From: Candidatus Paracaedibacteraceae bacterium
GTDB lineage: Bacteria; Pseudomonadota; Alphaproteobacteria; Paracaedibacterales; Paracaedibacteraceae
DNA: 32,000 bases
Reading direction: 5' to 3'
Assembly: GCA_019636035.1 (NCBI GenBank)
Contig: JAHBYI010000001.1
Span: 147,508-179,507 of the forward strand
Below, one piece after another: positions 1 to 9,952 of this stretch. The stretch's first letter is position 1. The number at the start of each line of letters is the position of its first letter. The position numbers were made by a program, and so were the translations under genes. Under the pieces are notes generated by a model. The model was given only the letters and a program-made list of their open reading frames with translations. It made no database searches and was not told where the DNA came from.

Positions 1-192
1 GAAGGATATCAAAAAGCAGAAGTAACTGTCGGTGGCGTTGATACAGACCATCTCTCGTCCAAAACCATGATGTGTCACGCTGTTTCAGGGTTATACTTTG
101 TCGGAGAAGCAGTTGACGTCACGGGATGGCTTGGCGGATATAACTTCCAGTGGGCATGGTCCTCGGGCAATGCCGCCGGACGCAGTGTTTAA
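1..192 (+). CDS. 3' end of an HI0933/BaiN-like NAD(P)/FAD-dependent oxidoreductase (partial, start lies outside the window)
   Basis: Frame 1 is open from base 1 to TAA at 190-192. The translation is EGYQKAEVTVGGVDTDHLSSKTMMCHAVSGLYFVGEAVDVTGWLGGYNFQWAWSSGNAAGRSV. The GE.vDvtG.lGGYNfQwAwsSG tail is the conserved C-terminus of the HI0933 flavoprotein family. Confidence 0.7.
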   Translation, partial: EGYQKAEVTVGGVDTDHLSSKTMMCHAVSGLYFVGEAVDVTGWLGGYNFQWAWSSGNAAGRSV

Positions 193-265
193 TACTGCCG
201 AAAAAGACGGCTTTCCCAATCGACAAAAAATCTTGGGCACGCCCTAAGGTCAATTCACTAGACTC

Positions 266-293
266 TTGCCATTATATTCGTTAAAATTATAAA
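266..293 (+). promoter_or_regulatory. Putative sigma70-type promoter for tssH
   Basis: TTGCCA (266-271), a 16-nt spacer, then TATAAA (288-293), about 27 nt upstream of the tssH ATG at 320. This is a hexamer match only. Confidence 0.3.
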
Positions 294-319
294 TAAATCA
301 ATCACAAACTGAGACGACC

Positions 320-2932
320 ATGGCAACTGAAATGAAAAACCTTGTCGCTAAACTCAATCATCCCAGCAAACGTGCCCTCGAAGGGGCTGCTGCCATGTGC
401 GTTGTCAAAACGAATTATAATGTTGAGATTGAGCATTTTGTCTATAAACTATTAGAGCAAGCAGAAACCGACGTTCGCCAAATCCTGCGCCAATATGATG
501 TTGACATTGACTCTGTCAAACGCCATCTCAGCGGAGCGATTGATAAATTTAAAACAGGATGCACAGGAACACCTGTTTTATCACCGAATATCCTCATGCT
601 GTTAGAACAGGCCTGGTCAATTTCATCACTCAAACTCAACCAATCCCAGATTCGAACGGCTGCCATCATCATGGCCTTAGTTGATGTCGAACAAATCCGA
701 GGCATTGTCTTAGAATCGTGCCCGCTGATCTTAAGAATTCCCCGACACACGCTACGACAAGATATCGAGACACTGATCAAAGCAAGCCCTGAAAACAGGT
801 TTGCAGCAGCCACCAGCAACACAACAGATCCGGAATCCGCAGGGCTTTCACCGAATGCGACACAAGAAAAACCTGCCCTACACCAGTATGCAACCAACCT
901 GAATGACCTTGTAACCGCAGGAAAGTTAGATCCGGTTTGTGGTCGTGATCGTGAGATTTCTCAGCTTGTTGATATTTTATCACGCCGCCGTCAAAATAAC
1001 CCAATTCTTGTCGGTGATGCCGGCGTCGGCAAAACAGCCCTCGTTGAAGGGTTAGCCCAACGAATAACCTCTGGCCACGTCCCTGCAAGCCTTGAGTGCG
1101 CCCAGATTTATTCTCTTGATTTAGCCTCCCTTCAGGCCGGAGCCGGAATCAAAGGCGAGTTCGAGGATCGACTCAAGGTTGTCATTCATGACGTTCAAGA
1201 TTCCAATCTGCCGGCTATTTTATTTATTGACGAAGCCCATACCTTGATCGGCGCAGGTGGCACAACCGGCACCGGAGATGCGGCAAACTTGCTCAAACCG
1301 GCTCTTGCTCGTGGTGATTTGCGTGTTATTGCCGCAACAACATGGCCTGAATATAAACGCCACATTGAAGGAGACGCAGCTCTCACACGGCGATTCGAAG
1401 TCGTCAAAATTTCAGAACCATCGCTCGAGACTGCATCCATGATCCTGCGTAACCTTGCGCCATCTCTTGAAAAACATCATCGCGTTGAGATCCTAAACGA
1501 AGCGATTGAGGCTGCTGTGAGCCTATCCCATCGTTTTCTCCCCCACCGCAAACTCCCCGACAAAGCCATTAATTTGCTGGATACTGCGTGTGCTCGCGTT
1601 GCCGTTGCTCGCAAGGGAATCCCGCTCGACATCGAAGAGCTGGACAGTAAGAAATCACTTATCAACATTGAACTTCAGATGCTTGCCCGTGAACACCGCA
1701 AGACACCCGATATTTTAATGCGAACCAGCACGCTAACCGAAGAGTTAAAATCCCTTGAGGAAACCTTGAAAAAACGAACGCAACAATGGGACACGGCACG
1801 CGATACACTCAATCGATTAGAGCAAGCAACATCACAATCATCCCTCCCGAATATGACGGACAAAGCAAACGACATTGCAACATTACAGGATACTCTTGAC
1901 CACCAATTCTTAACCTTAGGCGCATCCTATACTGTTGACCGTCGAGCAATCGCCCAGGTCTTGTCATCATGGACAGGCATTCCGGCGACAACAATGCTCA
2001 GCTATCAAGATGGCCTCAAGATGGATGATGTCTACAATCAACTCGGCAAACGTGTCATCGGGCAAAAACATGCCTTGCATAAAATATCGCAAGCTGTTCT
2101 ATCCTATTCCGCCGGGCTATCTGATCCAAACAAACCCATGGGCGTATTCCTCTTGGCAGGCCCCAGCGGTGTCGGCAAGACAGAAACAGCCCAAGCCCTA
2201 GCCCAAGTCCTGACCGGGACTCAAGACAGCCTCATCCGGATTAACCTGTCCGAATTTCAAGAAGCCCACACCGTTGCAACCTTAAAAGGTGCCCCTCCCG
2301 GGTATGTCGGATATGGCAAGGGCGGTATTTTAACCGAAGCAGTCCGCCGTAATCCCTATAGCGTTGTCCTGTTAGATGAAATTGAAAAAGCTCACCCTGA
2401 TGTGATGAACTTATTCTATCAAGTATTTGACAAAGGCATGATGGAAGACGGCGAAGGCATAGAGGTATCCTTTAAGAATTGCCTGATTGTTTTGACGTCC
2501 AATATTGGTTCAGACATCATAACAGAGCTGTGGGAAAAATATGAAACCCAGGCCAATTCTGACTTTTTTGCCACGGTTGAGCCCAAACTTTGGCTCGCCC
2601 TTAATAAAAGATTCGCCAACGCGTTTCTGGCTCGGACAACCGTTATTCCTTATACCCCACTCGGTATAGCAGAGCTGGCGCAGATCACCCGCTTAAAACT
2701 CACGGAAATCGATGCCCGACTAAAGAGCCAACACAGAGCCGACTTAATCGTTATTGATGAGGATATTCAACGCATTATTGAAATTTCCCAAAGCCTGCAA
2801 CAAGGAGCACGCGCCATTGATAAAGTCCTGTCTTCCCAGATATTACCCAAAATATCCGAGAAGATCATGTCCGGCGGAGTCATCAAAGAAATTAAACTAA
2901 GGGAATTAGCGAGTTATAGTCGTTCCAGTTAA
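320..2932 (+). CDS. tssH: Type VI secretion system AAA+ ATPase TssH (ClpV)
   Basis: 870-aa ORF with a Clp N-domain and two AAA+ modules. Module 1 has Walker [16 protein letters not shown] and Walker B ILFIDEAH; module 2 has [15 protein letters not shown] and [11 protein letters not shown]. ClpV-type signature strings are present rather than ClpB-type: [89 protein letters not shown]. Confidence 0.9.
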   Translation: MATEMKNLVAKLNHPSKRALEGAAAMCVVKTNYNVEIEHFVYKLLEQAETDVRQILRQYDVDIDSVKRHLSGAIDKFKTGCTGTPVLSPNILMLLEQAWSISSLKLNQSQIRTAAIIMALVDVEQIRGIVLESCPLILRIPRHTLRQDIETLIKASPENRFAAATSNTTDPESAGLSPNATQEKPALHQYATNLNDLVTAGKLDPVCGRDREISQLVDILSRRRQNNPILVGDAGVGKTALVEGLAQRITSGHVPASLECAQIYSLDLASLQAGAGIKGEFEDRLKVVIHDVQDSNLPAILFIDEAHTLIGAGGTTGTGDAANLLKPALARGDLRVIAATTWPEYKRHIEGDAALTRRFEVVKISEPSLETASMILRNLAPSLEKHHRVEILNEAIEAAVSLSHRFLPHRKLPDKAINLLDTACARVAVARKGIPLDIEELDSKKSLINIELQMLAREHRKTPDILMRTSTLTEELKSLEETLKKRTQQWDTARDTLNRLEQATSQSSLPNMTDKANDIATLQDTLDHQFLTLGASYTVDRRAIAQVLSSWTGIPATTMLSYQDGLKMDDVYNQLGKRVIGQKHALHKISQAVLSYSAGLSDPNKPMGVFLLAGPSGVGKTETAQALAQVLTGTQDSLIRINLSEFQEAHTVATLKGAPPGYVGYGKGGILTEAVRRNPYSVVLLDEIEKAHPDVMNLFYQVFDKGMMEDGEGIEVSFKNCLIVLTSNIGSDIITELWEKYETQANSDFFATVEPKLWLALNKRFANAFLARTTVIPYTPLGIAELAQITRLKLTEIDARLKSQHRADLIVIDEDIQRIIEISQSLQQGARAIDKVLSSQILPKISEKIMSGGVIKEIKLRELASYSRSS

Positions 2933-3229
2933 GTTTGATACAGTTAACTGAGATGCAATACCTAGTTTACCTAGGTGAGAGATGAATTTAGCGGTATCAA
3001 GCTAAATGGGGTAACTATTACTACCGCTCTAACTTAAGAAAGGATGTCTCGCTACTTAATTATAACTAAACTAGATATATATATGTATTTTTGTCAGAAA
3101 TATAATACGTAGATGTGAAATTTATTCTTTATCAGATCATCGAGCATCGAGCCAAATAACACCTTATTAATCATTTGTTAAAGGCGTTTATCGTATTATC
3201 AGGGTAAGGAAACGATATGTATAATTATA

Positions 3230-4210
3230 ATGATTTTGACACAGAAAATAAAAAAAATTGCTATTGGGTTGAGCCTGTTTATCATTATGATTTTATTGTA
3301 TCGTATGCTCGATCACTCGTCGCTCATTCTCCCCGGGTATATCGAAGGGCGATTTACTTACATTGCTCCAACCCAGGCCGGCATTGTCACAGAGATAAAG
3401 GTCAGTCCCGGCGACAAGGTCAAAGAACATCAGGCTTTACTTCAACAGGATCCCATGCCGGAACAAGAAAATGTCCTGGCTAAAAAGCATAAGCTTGAAT
3501 CCGCTCAGGCAAAGCTGCAAGACCTGGAAAAAGCCCGTCGCCCCGCAGAAATAAAAGCCCTTGAAGCAGCTGTTGACCAGGCAAAAGCTGACTTGGTCTA
3601 TGCCCAGGCTGAATATAATCGCAGTCAGCAATTGATCAAACGTCATGCTGTATCTAAAGACCAATTACAACGGGAACACTCAACCGTCCAAAAACTTCAA
3701 GCCCGAATTGTTGAGCTAAATGCCCAGCTTGATTTAGGAAAACTCCCTGCCCGTGAAGACCAGATCAAATCTGCTCAGAAAGATGTCAATACCGCACAAA
3801 ACAATTTAAAGTCAGCAGAATGGGCACTTGAGCAGAAAACAATCAAGTCTCAAAAACCCGGAAAGATTATTGATATTTATGTGCGTCTTGGTGATTATCT
3901 TGCCCCCGGTTCCCCTGCTGTTCAATTTTTAATACAAGATCAAGTCTTTGTGAAAGTTTACATCCCCCAAGAGAAAATCAACGCCCTGCAAATAGGAAGT
4001 AAAATCTTATTTAAATTAGATGGTGACACGCAATGGCGATCTGCCAAAATTACTTATATTTCCCCAATTGCAGAATATACACCACCTGTCCTCTATACAA
4101 AGTCTTCCCGACAAAAGTTCGTTTATTTAGTTCGTGCTATTCCGGATGATTCTCCCCTGTCATTTCACCCGGGGCAACCTCTTGATGTAAAGATCCCATC
4201 CCATGACTAA
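3230..4210 (+). CDS. HlyD-family membrane-fusion / periplasmic adaptor protein of an ABC exporter
   Basis: 326 aa. It has an N-terminal membrane anchor (KKIAIGLSLFIIMILLY), a long coiled-coil rich in Q/A/K/L (aa ~75-200) and a C-terminal beta-barrel region. Its stop overlaps the next gene by 8 nt. The start is uncertain (see the finding on the A8 tract). Confidence 0.8.
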   Translation: MILTQKIKKIAIGLSLFIIMILLYRMLDHSSLILPGYIEGRFTYIAPTQAGIVTEIKVSPGDKVKEHQALLQQDPMPEQENVLAKKHKLESAQAKLQDLEKARRPAEIKALEAAVDQAKADLVYAQAEYNRSQQLIKRHAVSKDQLQREHSTVQKLQARIVELNAQLDLGKLPAREDQIKSAQKDVNTAQNNLKSAEWALEQKTIKSQKPGKIIDIYVRLGDYLAPGSPAVQFLIQDQVFVKVYIPQEKINALQIGSKILFKLDGDTQWRSAKITYISPIAEYTPPVLYTKSSRQKFVYLVRAIPDDSPLSFHPGQPLDVKIPSHD

Positions 4211-5120
4211 CTTTGCCATAGACGTCAAGAACCTTAAAAAATATTTCGGCGGGAAAAAAGCACTTAATGATCTAAGTCTGTCCGTTAAAAAGGGAAGCGT
4301 ATATGGATTCCTGGGACCAAATGGCAGTGGAAAAACAACAACGATGCGCATTATTTGCGGGCTGATGACACCGGATGGCGGAACAGGTACCTGTTTAGGG
4401 TTTGATATTCTAAAAGATACCACTGAAATCAAGCGGCACATCGGATATATGCCCCAGCGATTCAGCTTATATGAAGAACTCACGATCCTAGAAAACCTAA
4501 AGCTTACCGCCAGTATTTATGCTCCCCATAATCCGCAGCAATGTATAAAAGACACCCTTGAGTGGTTAGAACTAGGGGATCGCCAACATCAACAATCCAG
4601 CACGCTTTCAGGAGGATGGAAACAACGTTTATCCCTGGCCAGTGCAATCCTACATAAACCAAAGCTCCTCTTACTCGATGAGCCAACAGCTGGCGTTGAT
4701 CCCGTAGCTCGCCGTTTGTTCTGGAATTACATTTTTGACCTTGCCGAACAGGATGTAACCGTACTCGTCAGTACCCATTATATGGATGAAGCCAGTCGGT
4801 GTAGTGAAATTGCTTATTTATTTTATGGCGATATCTTAATGAAAGGAACAACTCAAAACATTATCAAGCAATCAAAACTATACAGTTATGCGATTTATCC
4901 TCCCTACCCAAAGGAACTCGAAGCTGATTTATCTAAAAACAAGGTTTTTGAACAAATAGCCCATTTTGGCAAGACTATTCATGTTATAGGCACGCAAGAA
5001 CAATTAATGCACAAAGCCTTAGAAACACTGAACAGAAAACACACCATAAACTACGCAGAAATCAATCCTGATCTTGAAGATATATTTGTTCACATAACTC
5101 AAAAATGGGGAGGACAATAA
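4203..5120 (+). CDS. ABC transporter ATP-binding protein (single NBD, ABC-2/YbhF-like)
   Basis: Walker A GPNGSGKTT, Q-loop MPQRFSLY, signature LSGGWKQRLSLA, Walker B LLLLDEPTAGVD, H-loop STHYMDE. Confidence 0.92.
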   Translation: MTNFAIDVKNLKKYFGGKKALNDLSLSVKKGSVYGFLGPNGSGKTTTMRIICGLMTPDGGTGTCLGFDILKDTTEIKRHIGYMPQRFSLYEELTILENLKLTASIYAPHNPQQCIKDTLEWLELGDRQHQQSSTLSGGWKQRLSLASAILHKPKLLLLDEPTAGVDPVARRLFWNYIFDLAEQDVTVLVSTHYMDEASRCSEIAYLFYGDILMKGTTQNIIKQSKLYSYAIYPPYPKELEADLSKNKVFEQIAHFGKTIHVIGTQEQLMHKALETLNRKHTINYAEINPDLEDIFVHITQKWGGQ

Positions 5121-5122
5121 CA

Positions 5123-6253
5123 ATGACTCTTTCATGGATCAGGCTCAAAGCATTACTCATCAAAGAATTTCTACAACTCTCTCGAGATAAACTGACACTT
5201 GCCTTTATTTTGATCATGCCAATCATGCAATTAATTTTATTTGGCTATGCCTTGAACACCGATCCTAAAGACCTCCCCCTTATTGTCATTGACCAAAATA
5301 AATCCAGCTTTTCAAGAAATCTTATTCATCAGTTAGAAACAAGCAATTATTTTAAGGTCTTGAACCAGTCCTATGGTGAAAAAGAGGCCATAACAGCTAT
5401 GATTGAAGGAAAAAGTCTGTTTATTCTCAATATTCCATCAACATTCAGCCAAGATTTAATCCGAAACCAGAAGCCAGCCATACTCTTGACTGTCGATGCA
5501 ACAGATCCCGTCACAAGTGCTAATGCCCTGGCCGTAGCTCAGGTACTTAAGTATACAGGATTACCTCATGACTTTACAGGCCCCCTGACTTATCTTGCTC
5601 CCCGGGAACCGGCATACGATATCATTGTTCACAAGAATTATAATCCCGAGGGGATTACCAGTTATAATATTATTCCCGGCTTGATGGGAACCATCCTTAC
5701 CCTGACGATGGTTGTTGTCACGGGTATGGTCGTTACAAGAGAAAAAGAAAAAGGAACTTACGAACAACTGCTATCCATGCCCGTTAACTCACTGGAAGTC
5801 ATGCTTGGCAAAGTACTCCCCTTTGTTCTTGTCGGTTACGCTCAAATTGCCGTTATTTTAATAGCATCAAAACTGTTATTTGATATCCCATTTCTTGGAA
5901 GTTTATTCCTATTATTTATGACAGTAACCCTGTTTGCAGGGGCAAACCTAATGGTTGGCTATTTATTTTCAAGCATTTCAAACTCCCAGATGCAGGCAAC
6001 TCAGATGTCTGTATTTTTCTTTTTACCATCAATTTTATTATCAGGATTCATGTTTCCCTTTCAAGGGATGCCTTATTTTGCTCAGGTTATAGGTGAATTT
6101 TTACCACTTACTCATTTTGTGAGAGCTGCCCGTGGCATTATGCTAAAGGATGCTCAATTCGGCCATATTTATATAGAACTAGCTAAAATCCTCATTTTTC
6201 TCTTAATTTCAGGGTGGGTTGCTTTGAAAAAATATCGATCCACTTTAGATTAG
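5123..6253 (+). CDS. ABC-2 type transporter permease
   Basis: An N-terminal TM helix is followed by a large periplasmic loop and then about 5 C-terminal TM helices, the typical YbhS/YhhJ layout. I chose the ATG at 5123 because GGGAGGA (5108-5114) lies 8 nt upstream and the ATG sits 2 nt after the ATPase stop. The longest ORF starts at 5105. Confidence 0.85.
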   Translation: MTLSWIRLKALLIKEFLQLSRDKLTLAFILIMPIMQLILFGYALNTDPKDLPLIVIDQNKSSFSRNLIHQLETSNYFKVLNQSYGEKEAITAMIEGKSLFILNIPSTFSQDLIRNQKPAILLTVDATDPVTSANALAVAQVLKYTGLPHDFTGPLTYLAPREPAYDIIVHKNYNPEGITSYNIIPGLMGTILTLTMVVVTGMVVTREKEKGTYEQLLSMPVNSLEVMLGKVLPFVLVGYAQIAVILIASKLLFDIPFLGSLFLLFMTVTLFAGANLMVGYLFSSISNSQMQATQMSVFFFLPSILLSGFMFPFQGMPYFAQVIGEFLPLTHFVRAARGIMLKDAQFGHIYIELAKILIFLLISGWVALKKYRSTLD

Positions 6254-6292
6254 CGGCAAATCAGGATGGTATAGCCGATTCTTTATGATTAT

Positions 6293-7171
6293 CTAGCTAT
6301 ACAGATTGAGAAGTTCTAAGAATTGCCTCGGATTACCATTATCTTCGATCATCCAACAGGCATTCAAAACTAATCGCACAAAAATCCAATCCAATAAAAT
6401 TGACTGATCAACATCAGCCAGCAGGGCAAGTTGCTTAACTCTCGACAAGAATAATTCTGAGGCGTTGTTCCTCCTAAGTTCGTCTTGCGACAGAAAATCA
6501 AACGCGGCAAGTTCGAATGCTTTGGAGCCAACAATTCCTTTAGGATCAATCGCTATCCAGCCCGCCTGATCTGACAAAATATTATCAAGATGTAAATCGC
6601 CATGGAGGACAGATAAAGAATCCTCTCGAGTCAAAAGAGTTTCAGATAACAACGACGCTTTAGGAATTAACTGGTTAGGCAAGGCATCATTTGGCAAACG
6701 ATCAAAAACTGTTAACCAGCTAGCGACAGGGTTAAACCCTTCCTGGCTTTTTCCCAGGGCATGCGATTGAAGCTTATCCACAACAGCATTAAAGGTGCCC
6801 ATTGCTAACAAAATATCACGAGACGCAATGTCTTTTAGGGTTTGCCCGGGAATAGCCTGCTTCAAAAGCAAAGCATTATAATCTTGATCCTGATCAAGAA
6901 GCTTAACCATGCCCTGTCCGTTAAAATAATCCAAAGCCCGTGATTCATCCTTAAGAACATCACGATCCAGCCCTATTTTTAAACATACGGCAGAAAATTC
7001 AGCTGAGTCTGCCCTAGCAATAAAATGCCATGACATATTATCAACAGGGCGAAGATTCGTTAAACACCACTTTGAAGATAAATGAGCAAGGATAGCAGGC
7101 AGGTCATCCAGCCATTGTTGCCCTTGCTCCCGCCAAAGATTAATAATATTTTCTTCCAGGACATTTATCAT
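6293..7171 (-). CDS. Aminoglycoside/hydroxyurea-resistance-kinase family protein (APH(6)/StrB-like phosphotransferase)
   Basis: 292 aa. The catalytic-loop block HGDLHLDNILSDQAGWIAIDPKGIVGSKAFELA parallels StrB HGDLHHENIM..GWLVIDPVGLVGE. The N-terminal ALDYFNGQGMVKLL block also resembles StrB. SD AGGAAGGA precedes the ATG. Confidence 0.7.
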   Translation of the reverse strand: MINVLEENIINLWREQGQQWLDDLPAILAHLSSKWCLTNLRPVDNMSWHFIARADSAEFSAVCLKIGLDRDVLKDESRALDYFNGQGMVKLLDQDQDYNALLLKQAIPGQTLKDIASRDILLAMGTFNAVVDKLQSHALGKSQEGFNPVASWLTVFDRLPNDALPNQLIPKASLLSETLLTREDSLSVLHGDLHLDNILSDQAGWIAIDPKGIVGSKAFELAAFDFLSQDELRRNNASELFLSRVKQLALLADVDQSILLDWIFVRLVLNACWMIEDNGNPRQFLELLNLYS

Positions 7172-7206
7172 GTATAGTCCTTCCTGTTAATGGGAACAAC
7201 TATAAC

Positions 7207-7551
7207 TCAAGAAGTCACTTTCTTAACATACTGGGATTTTAACTCCATAGTTCCCCCACCCTGGAGGCGGCAATCAATATCGTGGTCACCCTCAAGAAAG
7301 CGAGATATTTTGGCCTTGGTTCCAACTTTTAAAACAGTTGAGGATCCCTTGACTTTTAGATCTTTAATCAAGGTTACCGAATCTCCTTCAGCTAAGACAG
7401 TACCGTGTGCATCCTTAACAAGAGTCGAAGAGTCATCACCTGAATCAGCGGTAATCGATTGGCTATGCCCACACTCAGGGCAAACAAGTAAAAGGCCATC
7501 TTCATAAACATAGGGAGAAGAACATTTCGCGCAGACAAAATTTTCTGTCAT
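7207..7551 (-). CDS. phnA: PhnA/YjdM zinc-ribbon protein
   Basis: 114 aa. It has the N-terminal CxxC...CPxC zinc ribbon (CAKCSSPYVYEDGLLLVCPECGH). The C-terminal block VKDAHGTVLAEGDSVTLIKDLKVKGSSTVLKVGTKAKISRFLEGDHDIDCRL..MELKSQYVKK is near-colinear with E. coli YjdM. Confidence 0.88.
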   Translation of the reverse strand: MTENFVCAKCSSPYVYEDGLLLVCPECGHSQSITADSGDDSSTLVKDAHGTVLAEGDSVTLIKDLKVKGSSTVLKVGTKAKISRFLEGDHDIDCRLQGGGTMELKSQYVKKVTS

Positions 7552-7687
7552 TATCTTACCTCATGACGTTATAGTCGTTTCAGTTGAATTTAATAGAGCT
7601 AACTGAGGAGAGAAGCGTACTTTATATACGTTTCGCTCTTCATACCTTGTATAAAAACCAACGGGAACGACTCTAGAATAGTTTTAT

Positions 7688-7710
7688 AAAAAAAGGGAGC
7701 AAAAGCTCCC
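7688..7710 (-). terminator. Rho-independent terminator of the ribosomal super-operon (downstream of rplQ)
   Basis: The minus strand reads GGGAGC-TTTT-GCTCCC followed by TTTTTTT. The stem is 7695-7700/7705-7710 and the U-tract is 7688-7694, starting 21 nt after the rplQ stop. Confidence 0.8.
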
Positions 7711-7730
7711 TAATTCGGATTCACAAAACC

Positions 7731-8087
7731 TTAGCGGTCTACAAATTCAATAACGGCCATTGGTGCATTATCACCATAACGGAAACCATTTTTCATGATC
7801 CGTGTATAACCACCTTGACGAGCAGCAAAACGACCAGCCAATTCGTTGGTCAACTTTGCAGCATGGGAGTCGCTGCGAAGACGTGACGCAAGAATACGAC
7901 GAGCGTGCAGATCACCCTTTTTAGCAATTGTAATCAAGCGTTCAATAATCGGACGCAATTCTTTTGCTTTAGGCAAGGTTGTTACGATTTGTTCACGTTC
8001 GATCAAAGCTTGGCACATGTTGGCAAACAAGGCTTGACGATGTGAAGATGTTCTATTTAGTTTACGACCACTTAAACCGTGTCTCAT
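7731..8087 (-). CDS. rplQ: 50S ribosomal protein L17
   Basis: 118 aa, N-terminus [17 protein letters not shown]. Last gene of the alpha operon, after rpoA. Confidence 0.95.
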   Translation of the reverse strand: MRHGLSGRKLNRTSSHRQALFANMCQALIEREQIVTTLPKAKELRPIIERLITIAKKGDLHARRILASRLRSDSHAAKLTNELAGRFAARQGGYTRIMKNGFRYGDNAPMAVIEFVDR

Positions 8088-8104
8088 TTTTATTCTCCAA
8101 AATC

Positions 8105-9124
8105 TTAATTAAATGGGTCTTCTAATCTTTTTGTAAGTTCTTCGATATTTTCTGGTGGCCAATTCGGAACGACCATACCAAGGGTAAGACCCATTATTTC
8201 AAGAACCTCACGGATTTCATTAAGAGACTTACGACCAAAGTTTGGTGTACGCAACATCTCATTTTCGGTTTTTTGAACCAAATCGCCGATGTAAATGATG
8301 TTTTCATTCTTCAAGCAATTTGCAGAACGAACTGACAATTCAAGTTCATCAACTTTACGAAGAAGATTCGGATTAAACGGAAGTTCAATCTTACCTTCTT
8401 TTTTCTCAGCTGTCTTAGGCTCATCAAAGTTAATAAAGCTAATCAATTGATCTTGCATAATGCGAGCAGCCAAAGCAACCGCATCTTCCGGCTTAACAGA
8501 ACCATCCGTGTTAACTGACATAATCAGCTTATCGTAGTCTGTTCGTTGACCAACACGAGTTTGTTCAATTTTATAACTAACGCGCTTAACAGGGCTAAAA
8601 ATTGCATCAACAGGAATCAATCCAATCGGACGATCATCCGCAGAAATTGTATTCGCAGCAATATATCCCTTACCGGATTCAATGGTCAATTCCATTGTCA
8701 ACTTTGCCCCTTCATCAAGGTGACAAATAACGGTATCGCCATCAAGAATCTCAACCCCTGTTGGGCACTCAATCTGACGAGCATAAACAGGGCCTTTGCC
8801 TGAGGCAGAAAGTTTAACTTTCTTAGCCGTTTCAGATGTTGACTTTACAGATATTGTCTTAAGGTTAAGAATAATATCAGCAACATCTTCCATCACGCCC
8901 GGAATAGTGGAAAACTCATGCAAAACACCATCAATCTTCACAGAGGTAATAGCCGCCCCTTGAAGTGATGATAGCAGAATTCGGCGCAAAGCATTGCCTA
9001 AAGTTAGTCCATAGCCTCTTTCAAGAGGCTCAACGATAATATCAGCATGGCGCAAATCAGCACTGCTGTACTTTACGTCTAGCTTATTTGGCTTAATTAA
9101 CGCTTCCCAATTAGTCTGAAGCAC
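8105..9124 (-). CDS. rpoA: DNA-directed RNA polymerase subunit alpha
   Basis: 339 aa. N-terminal domain motif [17 protein letters not shown] and C-terminal domain [23 protein letters not shown]. Confidence 0.96.
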   Translation of the reverse strand: MLQTNWEALIKPNKLDVKYSSADLRHADIIVEPLERGYGLTLGNALRRILLSSLQGAAITSVKIDGVLHEFSTIPGVMEDVADIILNLKTISVKSTSETAKKVKLSASGKGPVYARQIECPTGVEILDGDTVICHLDEGAKLTMELTIESGKGYIAANTISADDRPIGLIPVDAIFSPVKRVSYKIEQTRVGQRTDYDKLIMSVNTDGSVKPEDAVALAARIMQDQLISFINFDEPKTAEKKEGKIELPFNPNLLRKVDELELSVRSANCLKNENIIYIGDLVQKTENEMLRTPNFGRKSLNEIREVLEIMGLTLGMVVPNWPPENIEELTKRLEDPFN

Positions 9125-9155
9125 TGGAATTCCCCACTACAATAAATTAACAATA

Positions 9156-9548
9156 TTAGACGCGACGACGCTTCGGAGCACGGCAACCATTGTGCGGGAT
9201 TGGTGTTACGTCTTTGATTGATGTAACTGTAAATCCTGCAGCCTGAAGAGCACGCAAAGCTGTTTCGCGACCTGAACCAGGCCCCTTAACAAATACAGAA
9301 ATATTTTTAACACCGTGTTCAGCTGCTTTTTTAGCTGCATCGTCAGATGCAATCTGAGCCGCATAAGGTGTCGACTTACGAGAACCTTTGAACCCCATCG
9401 CACCGGCTGTTGACCAGGAAATTGCATTTCCTTTTTCATCAGTAATCGTAACGATGGTGTTATTAAACGTAGAATTAATGTACGCGCATGCGTTCACTAC
9501 ATTCTTTTTTTCACGACGCTTTACGCGAGATGTATTCTTCTGTGCCAT
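9156..9548 (-). CDS. rpsK: 30S ribosomal protein S11
   Basis: 130 aa, contains [22 protein letters not shown] and ends [13 protein letters not shown]. Confidence 0.96.
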   Translation of the reverse strand: MAQKNTSRVKRREKKNVVNACAYINSTFNNTIVTITDEKGNAISWSTAGAMGFKGSRKSTPYAAQIASDDAAKKAAEHGVKNISVFVKGPGSGRETALRALQAAGFTVTSIKDVTPIPHNGCRAPKRRRV

Positions 9549-9562
9549 TATCTACTCACTTA

Positions 9563-9940
9563 TTACTTCTTAGCAATTTTCTTACCAGCAATCGGAACAG
9601 CTTTACCTTTGCGTGTACGCGCATTAGTATGTGTTCTTTGACCACGAACCGGCAACCCTTTACGGTGACGCAAACCACGATAGCAACCAAGATCCATCAA
9701 ACGCTTAATATTCATGGAAATCTCACGACGCAAATCACCTTCAACAAGGTAATCAGCATCAATAATTTCACGAATACGCAAAACTTCTTGATCCGACAAT
9801 TCGTTAACGCGCTTGGATTCATCGACACCCAATTTCGCAACAATCTCTTTAGCCTTTACTTGGCCAATACCATAAATATATGTCAGAGCGATAATTACGC
9901 GCTTCTGAGTTGGTATGTTAACACCAGCAATACGTGCCAC
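9563..9940 (-). CDS. rpsM: 30S ribosomal protein S13
   Basis: 125 aa, starts [10 protein letters not shown], contains [24 protein letters not shown]. Confidence 0.96.
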   Translation of the reverse strand: MARIAGVNIPTQKRVIIALTYIYGIGQVKAKEIVAKLGVDESKRVNELSDQEVLRIREIIDADYLVEGDLRREISMNIKRLMDLGCYRGLRHRKGLPVRGQRTHTNARTRKGKAVPIAGKKIAKK

Positions 9941-9952
9941 TGTCTATTCTCC

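Noticed and set aside
442-1440. Antisense ORFs within tssH (442-897, 777-1088, 1195-1440). Similar antisense ORFs lie within the helicase (26340-26663, 27315-27716).
   Set aside because: They are shadow ORFs opposite long, motif-rich genuine CDSs. They show no independent start signals or recognisable motifs.
320-2932. Possibility that this is housekeeping ClpB rather than T6SS ClpV
   Set aside because: The sequence carries ClpV-type strings ([83 protein letters not shown]). The ClpB equivalents ([54 protein letters not shown]) are absent. I kept the TssH call.
2932-2944. 11-mer AAGTTTGATAC occurs just after the tssH stop and again just after the helicase stop (28457-28467)
   Set aside because: An 11-mer shared once between two places in 32 kb is expected many times by chance. 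The flanks show no further similarity.
2986-3028. Two mutually exclusive short hairpins downstream of tssH: ATTTAGC/GCTAAAT at 2986-3007 and AGCGGTA/TACCGCT at 2990-3028. These could be an attenuator, sRNA or riboswitch.
   Set aside because: The stems are only 7 bp, AT-rich and have long loops. No U-tract follows, and I can recognise no conserved riboswitch core. This is not enough to call a feature.
3138-3151. Tandem CATCGAG-CATCGAG and an (AT)5 run (3075-3084) in the tssH/HlyD spacer, considered as an operator or microsatellite
   Set aside because: They are very short and sit in an AT-rich 297-nt intergenic region. No palindromic partner or convincing -35/-10 pair could be placed around them.
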